Both the position numbers and the translations under genes were made by a program. DNA of 64,000 bases from contig JAYZXD010000018.1 of NCBI GenBank assembly GCA_036141595.1, forward strand, positions 1,388 to 65,387, in the 5' to 3' direction. Origin of the DNA: Bacteroidota bacterium. GTDB taxonomy: Bacteria; Bacteroidota; Bacteroidia; Flavobacteriales; BACL11. Of the stretch, positions 1-10,063 are shown one piece after another (position 1 is the first letter of the stretch; the number at the start of each line of letters is the position of its first letter). Below the pieces are notes generated by a model. That model ran no database searches. It saw only the letters and a list, made by a program, of their open reading frames with translations, and was not told the DNA's origin.

Positions 1-227
1 AGATTGCATTTTTTTTAAAAGGGATGGGTTTTGCTCTATTTGTTGAGAAAGATATTCCATTGTCCCACAATTTCTTTGCTGTGAGAAACCATTAATATTT
101 TGTAATAGTAAAAAGATTAATATAAAACTCTTTAAGAATTTAATTTTTTTCATGTTACAAATTTAACTAAAAGATTTTACACTTAATTTTATACAACATA
201 ATTAATTATAAAAATTAAGACAACCCT

Positions 228-1277
228 TTATTCGTTATAGATAACATCTAATAATGTTTGACCAACAGCATTTAAGGTTTCTCTATTGACATTCTGCATG
301 TTGTCATTATGTGTGTGCCAGTGTTTATTAAAATTAGTTATGGTAGCAGGGTCATACTCAATAATATCTATTGTTGGTATTGTTTTTAAAATCATATTTA
401 CATATAAATGATCATCTACAATAGGACCTGTATTTTCAAAAATAAAATATTTTTCAAAACCTAATTGATGTCCTTTTTTCCAAACTTTATTTAAAATATG
501 TTTTGCATAAGTTCTTGATATTTCTTCAAATCTAAAGGTGGCATTTTTTGCCCCAACCATATCAAGCAAAATCCCATATTTAGCCGTGTAGTTTTTTTTA
601 TGTGGATTTTTACTCCAATGCTGAGAGCCTAAACACCATGAATTTTCCATTTTTGGATATTCTGATTTTTCTGGCTGACCATAATCTTCAGCATCAAAAA
701 GGACAATATCAATACCAATATTTGGAGATTGTAAACTAAACTGTCTTGCCAACTCAATTAATACAGCAACACCACTTCCTCCATCATTGGCACCCAGTAT
801 AGGGTCTTTTTTATTTTTTGTGTCATAATCAGCAATATGCCTTGTATCCCAATGAGCAAATAAAACAACACGATTTTTTTTGTTGGGATCAAAGCTTGCG
901 ATAATATTCTTTAATGTGTGTGTTTTACCGTCATAAGTTGTTGTTGGCGCAGTCTGTACTATTACATTTGGGCAATATGAGTTCAATTTTTTTTCTAGCC
1001 ATAGGGCACAATTTTTCCAACCAACACTGCTCAAAAAACGAGGGCCAAAAGAGACTTGCTTTTCAATATAATAGTATGCAGAATCAGAATTAAATTTTGG
1101 AATACATACATTAGCTGGTTGCGTATTTGCTAATGGGTTGTAATTAAACATTGTAGTATCCATACAACCAAATACTTTTGTTGTATCTTTTTGTTCTTGT
1201 TTAATTTCATGTTTTTTATCAGCACAAGAAAAAAAAGCAAAAAAAGTTAGAGTGAATAAAAGACATTTTTTAAACAT
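228..1277 (-). CDS. M28 zinc-peptidase-fold lipoprotein, glutaminyl-cyclase-like
   Basis: ORF track gives 228..1319. I moved the start to the internal ATG at 1277, which removes the 38-nt overlap with cysS. The new N-terminus MFKKCLLFTLTFFAFFSC is a lipoprotein signal with a lipobox Cys. M28-type motifs are FAHWDTRH, GANDGGSGVAVLIELAR, LFDAEDYG and WHTHND. Confidence 0.75.
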   Translation of the reverse strand: MFKKCLLFTLTFFAFFSCADKKHEIKQEQKDTTKVFGCMDTTMFNYNPLANTQPANVCIPKFNSDSAYYYIEKQVSFGPRFLSSVGWKNCALWLEKKLNSYCPNVIVQTAPTTTYDGKTHTLKNIIASFDPNKKNRVVLFAHWDTRHIADYDTKNKKDPILGANDGGSGVAVLIELARQFSLQSPNIGIDIVLFDAEDYGQPEKSEYPKMENSWCLGSQHWSKNPHKKNYTAKYGILLDMVGAKNATFRFEEISRTYAKHILNKVWKKGHQLGFEKYFIFENTGPIVDDHLYVNMILKTIPTIDIIEYDPATITNFNKHWHTHNDNMQNVNRETLNAVGQTLLDVIYNE

Positions 1278-1281
1278 AAAG

Positions 1282-2751
1282 TTATTTTTTAAATTTCCAT
1301 GTTGTACCTTCTCTTTCATCTTTTATTTGGATATTTAGTTCTTCTAATTTATCCCGGATTTGGTCAGATGTATTGTAATCTTTATTTTTCTTTGCCCTAT
1401 TTCGAAGCGTTAAAGTTAAATCAATTAAATCATTTGTAAGATCATCGCTATTATTTTCACTATCATCAATTAAACCTAGAATATTAACAACAAAGCTATT
1501 GAACAAGTGTTTTAATTTAGTTAAGTCTTTTATTGTAATGTGTTCTTTTTGGTCGTTCAGCAGATTAATAATTCGAACTCCTTCAAACAAATGCGCTATC
1601 AGTATTGGGGTATTAAAGTCGTCATTCATCGCTGAATAGCAATCTGACTCAAGTTTATCAACATCAACTGTTGAGCTTTCTGAAGCAGTTAATTTATCTA
1701 AATTTTTACAAGCATTCATTAGCTTGGCCAAACCTTTTTCTGCTGCTTGTAAAGCTTCATTTCCAAAATCAATTGTACTTCTGTAATGTGCCTGCAGTAT
1801 AAAAAAACGAATTGTCATTGGGTTATAAGCCTGATGTAATTTTTCATGCTCACCACTAAAGAATTCATTTAAATTAATAAAATTAGCAAGAGATTTGCCC
1901 ATTTTTTTACCGTCAATAGTAACCATATTATTATGCATCCATATTTTTGCTGGATTGCAGTTGTTGCAAGCAAATGATTGGGCAATTTCTGCTTCGTGAT
2001 GCGGAAAAACTAAATCTATACCACCACCATGTATATCAAATTTTTTTCCTAAATATTTTTCACTCATTGCAGAACATTCCATATGCCACCCAGGAAATCC
2101 CTCTCCCCAGGGGGATTGCCATCTCATAATATGTTCTGGGCTTGCTTTTTTCCAAATTGCAAAATCAACTTGATTGCGTTTTTCAGACTGTGCTTCCAAT
2201 TTTCTAGTTCCCTCCAGTGTGTCATCTAAATTTCTTCCAGAAAGTACACCATAAGCAAATGAAGAATTATATTTTTTTACATCTAAGTATACTGAGCCGT
2301 TTATTTCATATGCAAATCCATTTTTGATAATTTTTTTTATCATTTCTATTTGCTCAATTATATGACCTGTAGCTCTTGGCTCTATTGAAGGCGATAAACA
2401 ATTAAGTTGATACATAGCTTTATGGTAACTGAGAGTATATCGGTGTGCAACCTCCATGGGCTCTAATTTTTCAATTTTTGCTTTTTTTGAAATTTTATCT
2501 TCACCTTCATCACCATCGTTTTCTAAATGCCCTGCGTCTGTTATATTTCTTACATATCTAACCTTATAATTAAGGTGCTGTAGATACCTGAAAACTATAT
2601 CAAAAGTAATTGCAGGTCTTGCATGTCCAAGATGCGGATCACCATATACAGTAGGGCCACAAACATACATGCCTACATGATTTTTTGTTACTGGTTTAAA
2701 ATCTTCTTTTTTTCTGCTTAAGGTATTGTATATTTTGAGATTATTATTCAT
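1282..2751 (-). CDS. cysS: cysteine--tRNA ligase
   Basis: Class I signatures [15 protein letters not shown] (HIGH) and KMGKS (KMSKS). Length and N-terminus ([15 protein letters not shown]) are typical of CysRS. Confidence 0.95.
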   Translation of the reverse strand: MNNNLKIYNTLSRKKEDFKPVTKNHVGMYVCGPTVYGDPHLGHARPAITFDIVFRYLQHLNYKVRYVRNITDAGHLENDGDEGEDKISKKAKIEKLEPMEVAHRYTLSYHKAMYQLNCLSPSIEPRATGHIIEQIEMIKKIIKNGFAYEINGSVYLDVKKYNSSFAYGVLSGRNLDDTLEGTRKLEAQSEKRNQVDFAIWKKASPEHIMRWQSPWGEGFPGWHMECSAMSEKYLGKKFDIHGGGIDLVFPHHEAEIAQSFACNNCNPAKIWMHNNMVTIDGKKMGKSLANFINLNEFFSGEHEKLHQAYNPMTIRFFILQAHYRSTIDFGNEALQAAEKGLAKLMNACKNLDKLTASESSTVDVDKLESDCYSAMNDDFNTPILIAHLFEGVRIINLLNDQKEHITIKDLTKLKHLFNSFVVNILGLIDDSENNSDDLTNDLIDLTLTLRNRAKKNKDYNTSDQIRDKLEELNIQIKDEREGTTWKFKK

Positions 2752-3712
2752 TAACAGTTTTTTTTTGATATTTATTTGTTAAATTTTTTATCATGTCTTT
2801 TGTCATTTTTTGTAAACCATATTCTATTCTCCAACCCCAATCTTTTTGAGCATGATTATCATCAATAGATGATGGCCATGAATCTGCGATTTTCTGTCTG
2901 AAATCTTCTTTGTATGATATATTAAATGCAGGCAAGTATTTTTTGATCTCTTCACTTATTTCTTCAGGACTAAAACTAATTCCGGCTAAATTGTAAGACG
3001 AACGTATTTTAATTTTTTTTGATTCCGACTCCATTAGTTCGATTGTAGCTCTTATAGCGTCTTTCATATACATCATTGGAAGACAAGTACACTTTTTTAA
3101 AAAACATTGGTATTTATTGTTTTTAATTGCTTGGTGAAAGATTTCTACTGCATAATCTGTAGTTCCTCCCCCAGGCTTTCCTTTCCAACCAATTAACCCC
3201 GGATACCTTAAACTTCTAACATCAACATTGAATTGGTTCCAATAGTACTCGTTCCACCTTTCTCCTGCTAGTTTTGAAATACCATAAACTGTATTTGGTT
3301 CCATGACAGTATACTGTGGCGTTTTATTTTTTGGTGTAGTTGGTCCAAATACAGCAATAGATGATGGCCAAAATATTTTTTTAATTAAACCATACCGTGC
3401 TAAATCTAAAACATGAGAAAGAGATCTCATATTTAACCCCCATCCAAGCTCAATATTTTTTTCAGCAGTGGCAGAAAGAAGTGCGGCGAGCAAATATATT
3501 TGCGTAATATTATGTTTTTTTACAATTGACCCAAGTAATTTTTCATCCATAATATCCATTTTTTCAAATGGACCTGAGTTCATTATTTCATATGATGATG
3601 GCTTAATGTCTGAAGCAATAACATTATTTTCTCCATAAATCTTTCTTAGGGCTATAACAAGCTCGGTTCCAATTTGCCCAGAAGAGCCGATTATTAAAAT
3701 TTTTTCCTGCAT
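2744..3712 (-). CDS. NAD-dependent epimerase/dehydratase family protein, SDR-type L-threonine 3-dehydrogenase-like
   Basis: Rossmann motif [13 protein letters not shown], catalytic YGISK (YxxxK) and [13 protein letters not shown], which I associate with extended-SDR threonine dehydrogenases. Confidence 0.7.
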   Translation of the reverse strand: MQEKILIIGSSGQIGTELVIALRKIYGENNVIASDIKPSSYEIMNSGPFEKMDIMDEKLLGSIVKKHNITQIYLLAALLSATAEKNIELGWGLNMRSLSHVLDLARYGLIKKIFWPSSIAVFGPTTPKNKTPQYTVMEPNTVYGISKLAGERWNEYYWNQFNVDVRSLRYPGLIGWKGKPGGGTTDYAVEIFHQAIKNNKYQCFLKKCTCLPMMYMKDAIRATIELMESESKKIKIRSSYNLAGISFSPEEISEEIKKYLPAFNISYKEDFRQKIADSWPSSIDDNHAQKDWGWRIEYGLQKMTKDMIKNLTNKYQKKTVNE

Positions 3713-3725
3713 AAGAATATTTTTA

Positions 3726-3733
3726 CAAATATA
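3726..3733 (-). promoter_or_regulatory. Bacteroidota sigma-A -7 element (TAnnTTTG) upstream of the SDR gene
   Basis: Plus strand caaatata is TATATTTG on the minus strand, 14 nt upstream of the start at 3712. Confidence 0.35.
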
Positions 3734-3844
3734 ACATTAAACTAATTTTCATCAATAATTTATATATAGAAAAACACTAAAGATTTTATATCTTTACAGA
3801 GCTTTAAAAATTATAAATTGGACCCAAATTCTGGAAAAAAAGGA

Positions 3845-4870
3845 ATGTTTAATAAATTAAACAAGGACCAGGCTCTTGATTTATTAAACAAAGAAAAGTT
3901 TAAACGAAAAACTGTCTCTTTTTATAGATATGTGAAAATTGAAAATCCATCTAAATTAAGAGATGATTTATATTTAAACTGGAATAGTTTAAAAGTTTTT
4001 GGCCGTATTTATTTAGCAGAAGAAGGAGTTAACGCACAAATTAGCGTTCCTGAAAATAATTGGGATACTTTTGTTACAAATGTTCTTTCATATACATATT
4101 TTAAAGATATCCCCTTTAAAATTGCTATAGAAGATGATGGAAAATCTTTTTTTAAACTTACTATAAAAGTAAGAGAAAAAATTGTAGCAGATGGTTTAGA
4201 CTCATGTGAATATGATGTCACCAATGTAGGTAAACATTTAACTGCAAAACAATGGAATGATGCAATTGAAAAAGGGGCTACAGTTGTTGATATGAGAAAT
4301 CATTATGAAAGCGAAATAGGCCGTTTTAAAGGAGCTATCTGTCCTGACTCAGAAACTTTTAAGGAGGAGCTGCCCAAGGTAAAACAAATTTTAAAAGGTC
4401 AAGAAGAAAAACAAATTCTTCTTTACTGTACAGGAGGGATAAGATGTGAAAAAGCATCTGCTTATTTGAAACATCATGGGTTTAATGATGTAAATCAACT
4501 ACACGGAGGTATAATTGATTATGCAAGACAGTTAAAACAAGACACAAGCTTAGAAAACAAATTTGAAGGAAGAAACTTTGTTTTTGATGAGCGAAGAGGA
4601 GAAAGGATTTCAAATGATGTAATTAGTAGTTGTCATCAATGTGGAGAGCCTCATGATATTCATGTTAACTGTCGTAATGTTAATTGTAATCTGTTATTTA
4701 TACAATGTGAAAGGTGCAAAAAAAAGTATAAAAACTGTTGTTCGTTAGATTGTATAGAGGTATTAAATATGCCTGCCGATAAACAAAAAAAGTTACGAAA
4801 GGGCAAAGACAACAAGAAAATGTATTTCAGCCATAAAAAGGTGCAATTAAAACTAAAGATAAATGATTAG
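3845..4870 (+). CDS. trhO: rhodanese-domain tRNA uridine(34) hydroxylase (UPF0176/YceA family)
   Basis: Rhodanese active-site loop YCTGGIRCEKAS and a C-terminal Cys-rich tail. The ORF track starts at a TTG (3818). The first ATG (3845, MFNKLNK) is the more plausible start. Confidence 0.85.
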   Translation: MFNKLNKDQALDLLNKEKFKRKTVSFYRYVKIENPSKLRDDLYLNWNSLKVFGRIYLAEEGVNAQISVPENNWDTFVTNVLSYTYFKDIPFKIAIEDDGKSFFKLTIKVREKIVADGLDSCEYDVTNVGKHLTAKQWNDAIEKGATVVDMRNHYESEIGRFKGAICPDSETFKEELPKVKQILKGQEEKQILLYCTGGIRCEKASAYLKHHGFNDVNQLHGGIIDYARQLKQDTSLENKFEGRNFVFDERRGERISNDVISSCHQCGEPHDIHVNCRNVNCNLLFIQCERCKKKYKNCCSLDCIEVLNMPADKQKKLRKGKDNKKMYFSHKKVQLKLKIND

Positions 4871-5300
4871 AATCACAAAAGAATTTAAATTTGAAATGGC
4901 TCACGCCCTATTTGGATATGATGGACTATGTAAAAACATACATGGGCACTCGTATAGACTCTGGGTCACTGTTAGAGGTCAAGTTAAAAACGAAAAAAAT
5001 CATGCCAAAGACGGAATGGTGATGGATTTTAATTTTCTCAAAAAAATTGTTAAGCCTGAAATCATAGACAAATATGATCATTCTTTTGTGATAAACGCCA
5101 ATTCACCTCACGCCAACGTTGACCTTTCATCCTTTGAAAAAGTTTTTTTATTACCGTACCAGCCAACATCTGAAAATTTAGTTGAAGATTTTGCTAATAA
5201 AATAAAAGCAAAACTACCTGAAGGAATACAGCTATATAAAGTTGTTTTGTCTGAGACAGCTACTTCTTTTGCTGAGTGGAATTACAAAGATAATCTGTAG
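4863..5300 (+). CDS. queD: 6-carboxy-5,6,7,8-tetrahydropterin synthase
   Basis: FKFEMAHAL and CKNIHGHSY motifs of the PTPS/QueD family, about 145 aa. It overlaps the trhO stop by 8 nt. Confidence 0.9.
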   Translation: MIRITKEFKFEMAHALFGYDGLCKNIHGHSYRLWVTVRGQVKNEKNHAKDGMVMDFNFLKKIVKPEIIDKYDHSFVINANSPHANVDLSSFEKVFLLPYQPTSENLVEDFANKIKAKLPEGIQLYKVVLSETATSFAEWNYKDNL

Positions 5301-5368
5301 TCAGAATCATCTAAAATAATTTTTTTAAAAATAAGCTAAAATGTCACTATGCATTAGCAAGTATTTCA

Positions 5369-5376
5369 TATTTTTG
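5369..5376 (+). promoter_or_regulatory. -7 element (TAnnTTTG) upstream of the oxidase operon
   Basis: TATTTTTG ends 18 nt before the ctaC ATG (5395), in the only sizeable gap upstream of the cluster. Confidence 0.45.
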
Positions 5377-5394
5377 TATAAGAAAAAATAACAT

Positions 5395-6375
5395 ATGTCA
5401 GTAATTCTAATTTTTGTAGTAGCCTTCTTGTTAATTGTAACATTGGTACAGCTTTTGCGTGTTAGCGAGTTATTATCTCAAATAAAAAACAAAGACGTTA
5501 ACGAAGTCACCGAAAACGATAATAATACACAAGGATGGTTGTTCTTAGTTGTTGGTTTTGGTTTTATTGCTTTTGTTATTTGGCAGATGGTTAGTTGGAA
5601 CCATTTGTTGCTGCCGCCTGCAGCATCTGAACACGGTGTTCAGATTGATGGCTTGATGGATGTTTCGATGGGTCTTATTTTAATTGTGTTTTTTATTTTA
5701 ACCCCGATGTTATTTATTTTTGCATACAAGTATAGGGGTCGTAAGTCGCGTAAAGCATACTTTTTTTCTCACAATAATAAATTAGAAGTTATATGGACAG
5801 TGGTTCCTACTATAGTTTTAACAGCATTAATTATATATGGCTTAAAAACATGGGATAAAGCAATGAATGTTGAGGTAACCAAGGAGACAAAAATTATAGA
5901 GGTTTATGCTAAACAATTTGGCTGGACTGCTAGATATTCAGGAGAAGATAATGTTCTAGGAGATGCTAATTTTAGACTTGTAAGAGGGCCGAATGTTTTA
6001 GGAGTAGATATGCTTGACCCGCATGCAGCAGATGATAAAATCACAAGAGAAGTACATCTGGTGGTCAACAAACCCGTAATGCTCAAGTTTAGATCTCAAG
6101 ATGTGATTCACTCTGCTTATTTGCCTCATTTTAGGGTTCAAATGAATTGTGTTCCAGGAATAATTACTCAGTTTGGATTTACTCCTAATAAAACAACTAA
6201 AGAAATGAAAGAACAAGAAGGGGATGATTTTGATTATATTTTATTATGTAACAAAATATGTGGAGGGGGACACTGGAATATGGGAATAAAATTCATTGTT
6301 GAGACACAGGAGGAATATGACGCGTGGTACGCTAAGCAGGAAACACTAGGCAAACAATTATTAACTCTAAAATAA
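5395..6375 (+). CDS. ctaC: cytochrome c oxidase subunit II (CuA subunit, no fused cytochrome c domain)
   Basis: N-terminal TM helices and a cupredoxin domain with CuA ligand pattern H...CNKICGGGHWNM (CxxxCxxxHxxM). It lies immediately upstream of subunit I. Confidence 0.9.
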   Translation: MSVILIFVVAFLLIVTLVQLLRVSELLSQIKNKDVNEVTENDNNTQGWLFLVVGFGFIAFVIWQMVSWNHLLLPPAASEHGVQIDGLMDVSMGLILIVFFILTPMLFIFAYKYRGRKSRKAYFFSHNNKLEVIWTVVPTIVLTALIIYGLKTWDKAMNVEVTKETKIIEVYAKQFGWTARYSGEDNVLGDANFRLVRGPNVLGVDMLDPHAADDKITREVHLVVNKPVMLKFRSQDVIHSAYLPHFRVQMNCVPGIITQFGFTPNKTTKEMKEQEGDDFDYILLCNKICGGGHWNMGIKFIVETQEEYDAWYAKQETLGKQLLTLK

Positions 6376-6383
6376 TATAAAAA

Positions 6384-8162
6384 ATGTCCGGACACCACAA
6401 GGAAAATTTTATTACTAAGTATATATTTAGCATGGACCACAAAATGATTGCTAAACAATTCTTACTTACAGGAATGTTTATGGCTCTTGTCGGTATGTTA
6501 ATGTCAGCTATTTTTAGGGTTCAACTTGCAAATCCAGGCGAGAGTTCTTGGTTGTACAATTTACTTCCTACCGGCTGGACTAACGCTGATACAGGTGCGT
6601 TAGACCCTGATAAATATTTAGCGCTTGTTACTATGCATGGAACTATTTTAGTCTTTTGGGTTTTAACAGCAGGTCTTTCTGGTACGTTCGCAAATTTTTT
6701 AATCCCTCTACAAATTGGCGCCAGAGATATGGCTTCAGGTTTTATCAATATGCTGTCGTATTGGTTCTTTTTTATAGCAACGGTTGTGTTAATGTACTCA
6801 GTTTTTTATGATGATCCTGATACAATTGGAGTTGTAGAAGGTCCCGCATCAGGGGGATGGACAATCTACCCACCTCTGAGCGCATTAAAGGATGCTATTC
6901 CTGGCTCTGGTTATGGTATGACTTTATGGTTGTTGAGTATTACTTTGTTTATTGTTGGTTCGCTACTTGGCGGGTTAAATTATATAGTAACGGTTTTAAA
7001 TTTACGTACTGTTGGAATGTCTATGAAAAGACTCCCTTTAACAGTATGGGGCCTTTTAATTACAGCTATTTTGGGTGTGCTTTCTTTCCCTGTTCTTCTT
7101 TCATGTGGATTACTTCTTCTTTTTGATAGATCATTTGGTACAAGTTTTTATCTTTCTGATATTATTATTAACGGAGTTGCTTTAGACTACGAAGGGGGTA
7201 GCCCTATATTATTTGAGCATTTATTTTGGTTTTTAGGTCATCCGGAGGTATATATCATTTTGCTTCCTGCTTTAAGTATTGTTTCAGAAGTTATATCTGT
7301 AAATTCAAGAAAACCCATTTTTGGGTATAAAGCCATGGTTGGAGCACTATTTGTTATTGCATTTTTATCTTTTATAGTTTGGGGACATCACATGTTTATG
7401 ACAGGAATGAGTCCGTTTTTAGGATCAGTTTTTACATTTACAACACTATTAATTGCTATTCCTTCAGCAATAAAAGTATTTAACTATCTTGCTACACTTT
7501 GGAGAGCTAATATCCGTTTTACACCTGCTATGTTGTTTGCTATTGGAACGGTATCAGCCTTTATAACAGGAGGCTTAACTGGTATCATTCTTGGTGACAG
7601 TGCATTAGATATAAATGTTCATGATACATATTTTGTTGTTGGCCATTTTCATATTGTAATGGGTTTATCTGCGATATATGGAATGTTTGCTGGTGTGTAT
7701 CATTGGTTCCCAAAGATGTATGGAAGGATGATGAACAAAAATTTAGGATATCTTCACTTTTGGGGAACATTTATATGTGCCTACGGCGTGTTTTTTCCTA
7801 TGCACTTTTTAGGTCTTGCTGGACTACCTAGAAGATATTACAGTAATGAAGCATTTACAATGTTTGAGGGGTTAAGCGATATAAATAGTATTATTACCTT
7901 TTTTGCTTTAGCTGGAGCTGTTGTTCAAGGGCTATTTATTTTGAATTTTGTGTATAGTATTTTTAAAGGACCTAGAGCAACAAAAAATCCTTGGAAATCC
8001 AATACTCTTGAGTGGACTACACCAGTAGACCCCATACATGGAAATTGGCCAGGAAAACTGCCTGTTGTTCACAGGTGGGCATATGATTACTCAAAGCCCG
8101 GATCAGAAGAGGATTTTATTCTACAAACTGAACCATTAAAGGAAGGAGAAAAAGAACATTAA
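6384..8162 (+). CDS. ctaD: cytochrome c oxidase subunit I
   Basis: 12-TM heme-copper oxidase with GHPEVYIILLP, WGHHMF and VVGHFHIV motifs. Confidence 0.97.
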   Translation: MSGHHKENFITKYIFSMDHKMIAKQFLLTGMFMALVGMLMSAIFRVQLANPGESSWLYNLLPTGWTNADTGALDPDKYLALVTMHGTILVFWVLTAGLSGTFANFLIPLQIGARDMASGFINMLSYWFFFIATVVLMYSVFYDDPDTIGVVEGPASGGWTIYPPLSALKDAIPGSGYGMTLWLLSITLFIVGSLLGGLNYIVTVLNLRTVGMSMKRLPLTVWGLLITAILGVLSFPVLLSCGLLLLFDRSFGTSFYLSDIIINGVALDYEGGSPILFEHLFWFLGHPEVYIILLPALSIVSEVISVNSRKPIFGYKAMVGALFVIAFLSFIVWGHHMFMTGMSPFLGSVFTFTTLLIAIPSAIKVFNYLATLWRANIRFTPAMLFAIGTVSAFITGGLTGIILGDSALDINVHDTYFVVGHFHIVMGLSAIYGMFAGVYHWFPKMYGRMMNKNLGYLHFWGTFICAYGVFFPMHFLGLAGLPRRYYSNEAFTMFEGLSDINSIITFFALAGAVVQGLFILNFVYSIFKGPRATKNPWKSNTLEWTTPVDPIHGNWPGKLPVVHRWAYDYSKPGSEEDFILQTEPLKEGEKEH

Positions 8163-8167
8163 AAATT

Positions 8168-8761
8168 ATGTCAGTAGTTATAAACAGTAAGCAAAATATT
8201 GAAGATAACAAAATAATATCAAGTAAAAAACAGTTTCTCTGGATTGCGATGGGATCTATGGTAATGTTTTTTGGAGGATTACTTTCTGCATTAATTATCG
8301 AAAAGGCGGATGTCAACAACTGGCAAGCCTTTGTTTTGCCTAGTTCTTTTACATATAGTACCGTAATAATTATTTTAAGTAGTGTGGTTTTTTTATTTTA
8401 CAAGAAACAATTAAAACTTAAAAAATCAGTTTTTAAGCTACTCTTTTTAATTTTTATGTGTGGTATTGGATTTGTTTTTTTGCAAATGCAAGGATGGCAG
8501 TATTTATTAAATCAAGAAATTAAATTTGTTGGTCCACAATGGAATAAAGGTGGGGGTTTTTTATACGTACTTACATTAATGCATATGCTACATCTTTTTG
8601 GAGGAATGATAGCATTAACAGTAGCCTTATTTAAAGCTAAAAGAAATAGATATTCAATTAAAAATTATTTAGGTTTAGAATTAGTGTCAACTTACTGGCA
8701 CTTTTTAACTATTTTGTGGCTGATTTTATTTTTCTTTTTAAAATCTTACATGACAGGTTAA
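8168..8761 (+). CDS. heme-copper oxidase subunit III family protein (short paralogue)
   Basis: Polytopic membrane protein with a subunit-III-like C-terminus (STYWHFLTILWLILF), located between subunit I and a second subunit III gene. Confidence 0.75.
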   Translation: MSVVINSKQNIEDNKIISSKKQFLWIAMGSMVMFFGGLLSALIIEKADVNNWQAFVLPSSFTYSTVIIILSSVVFLFYKKQLKLKKSVFKLLFLIFMCGIGFVFLQMQGWQYLLNQEIKFVGPQWNKGGGFLYVLTLMHMLHLFGGMIALTVALFKAKRNRYSIKNYLGLELVSTYWHFLTILWLILFFFLKSYMTG

Positions 8762-8779
8762 TGAAATAAAATAACAATT

Positions 8780-9703
8780 ATGAATGAAGAAACACTAGAC
8801 GAAGCTTTAATAAAAGATCATAAGCCTGCTTGGAGAGGTGGCGATCTGCCTTTTAAAACAAGCTATGGAAAAATGATGATGTGGTTTTTCTTAATAACCG
8901 ATACTCTTACTTTCTCAGCTTTTTTAGCTAGCTATGGTTTTAGTAGATTTAAATTTGCAGATATATGGCCAGTACCTGAGGAAGTATTTACTCATTTTCC
9001 TTTTATGAAAGGAGAGCACCCTCTTTTATTTGTTGCTTTGATGACTTTTATACTAATCATGAGCTCTGTTACTATGGTATTAGCGGTAAATTATGGTCAT
9101 AAGATGCAAAAAAATAAAGTTATTCTATGGCTTTCCTTAACAATACTAGGAGGATCTGCTTTTTTGGGTTCTCAAGCCTGGGAGTGGGGACACTTTATTC
9201 ATGGAGATAAAGGAGCAATTGATACTAAGACAGAATTTGTAGTGCATATAGCTCAAGGAGAAAAACTATCCTCTGTTTATGATTTAATGGAATTAGATAA
9301 ATACTCATATGATAAAGATCAGCAAATTCAAATTGAGTCTATTATAAATCAGTTAAAACAAAAGCCAGATTATAATATAAGAACAGCAAACAAAACATAT
9401 TTATCAAATGAAGAGTCTATCAAATATCTAAGAGATAATGCTACTCAAACTATTTTAGGTGCTAATTTAGTTAAGAACGAGTACGGGCACCCTCTGTTCG
9501 CTGATTATTTTTATTTTATAACAGGCTTTCATGGTTTTCATGTATTTAGTGGAGTTGTATTATTAATCATTTTATTAATTAATGTGATAAAGGGGACATA
9601 TGAGCGAAGAGGACATTACGAAATGGTCGAAAAAATAGGCCTATACTGGCACTTTGTTGATTTAGTTTGGGTTTTTGTATTTACATTTTTTTATTTAGTA
9701 TAA
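8780..9703 (+). CDS. ctaE: cytochrome c oxidase subunit III (with long hydrophilic insertion)
   Basis: Subunit III motifs (GFHGFHVFSGV, GLYWHFVDLVWVFVF). A hydrophilic segment of about 90 aa (DTKTEF...VKNEYG) interrupts the helices. Confidence 0.85.
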   Translation: MNEETLDEALIKDHKPAWRGGDLPFKTSYGKMMMWFFLITDTLTFSAFLASYGFSRFKFADIWPVPEEVFTHFPFMKGEHPLLFVALMTFILIMSSVTMVLAVNYGHKMQKNKVILWLSLTILGGSAFLGSQAWEWGHFIHGDKGAIDTKTEFVVHIAQGEKLSSVYDLMELDKYSYDKDQQIQIESIINQLKQKPDYNIRTANKTYLSNEESIKYLRDNATQTILGANLVKNEYGHPLFADYFYFITGFHGFHVFSGVVLLIILLINVIKGTYERRGHYEMVEKIGLYWHFVDLVWVFVFTFFYLV

Positions 9704-9724
9704 ATAATTTAAAAATTTTAAAAA

Positions 9725-10057
9725 ATGGCTGAAAACAGAAAAGGTAACTGGTGGATTTGGAAAGTATTTTGGATATTACTTGCGATAACTGCTATAGAAG
9801 TTTTTATGGGCATACTTAAAGTTAATGAAAAGCTTCCCGAAGCTTTTGTATATGACACATTTCTTGGTCTAGCATGGATAACTCATACGTTTATTATCTT
9901 AACTTTAATTAAAGCAGCCTATATTGTTATGACTTTTATGCATCTAGGCGATGAAATTAAAAGCTTTAGGTGGACAATACTACTGCCTGCATTTATTTTA
10001 GTCCCTTACTTGCTATTTATCATAATAGTCGAAGCAACCCACACTATTACTTTATAA
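9725..10057 (+). CDS. prokaryotic cytochrome c oxidase subunit IV family protein
   Basis: 110 aa, three hydrophobic helices, position directly after the subunit III genes. Confidence 0.7.
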   Translation: MAENRKGNWWIWKVFWILLAITAIEVFMGILKVNEKLPEAFVYDTFLGLAWITHTFIILTLIKAAYIVMTFMHLGDEIKSFRWTILLPAFILVPYLLFIIIVEATHTITL

Positions 10058-10063
10058 ATTAAG

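Noticed and set aside
1-95. A possible 3' end of a plus-strand gene is truncated by the window edge (frame 3: ...IAFFLKGMGFALFVEKDIPLSHNFFAVRNH*).
   Set aside because: Only 30 codons are visible and they carry no recognisable motif, so this cannot be supported from the window alone.
182-219. An AT-only inverted repeat (cttaatttt / aaaattaag, 20-nt loop) lies just downstream of the M28 lipoprotein gene and could be a terminator.
   Set aside because: The stem has no G-C pairs, the loop is long and no clear U-tract follows. It is indistinguishable from chance palindromes in AT-rich DNA.
5904-7770. Antisense and alternative-frame ORFs (60-89 aa) lie inside ctaC and ctaD.
   Set aside because: They are embedded in highly conserved oxidase genes and have no recognisable motifs. 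They are expected by chance in long ORFs.
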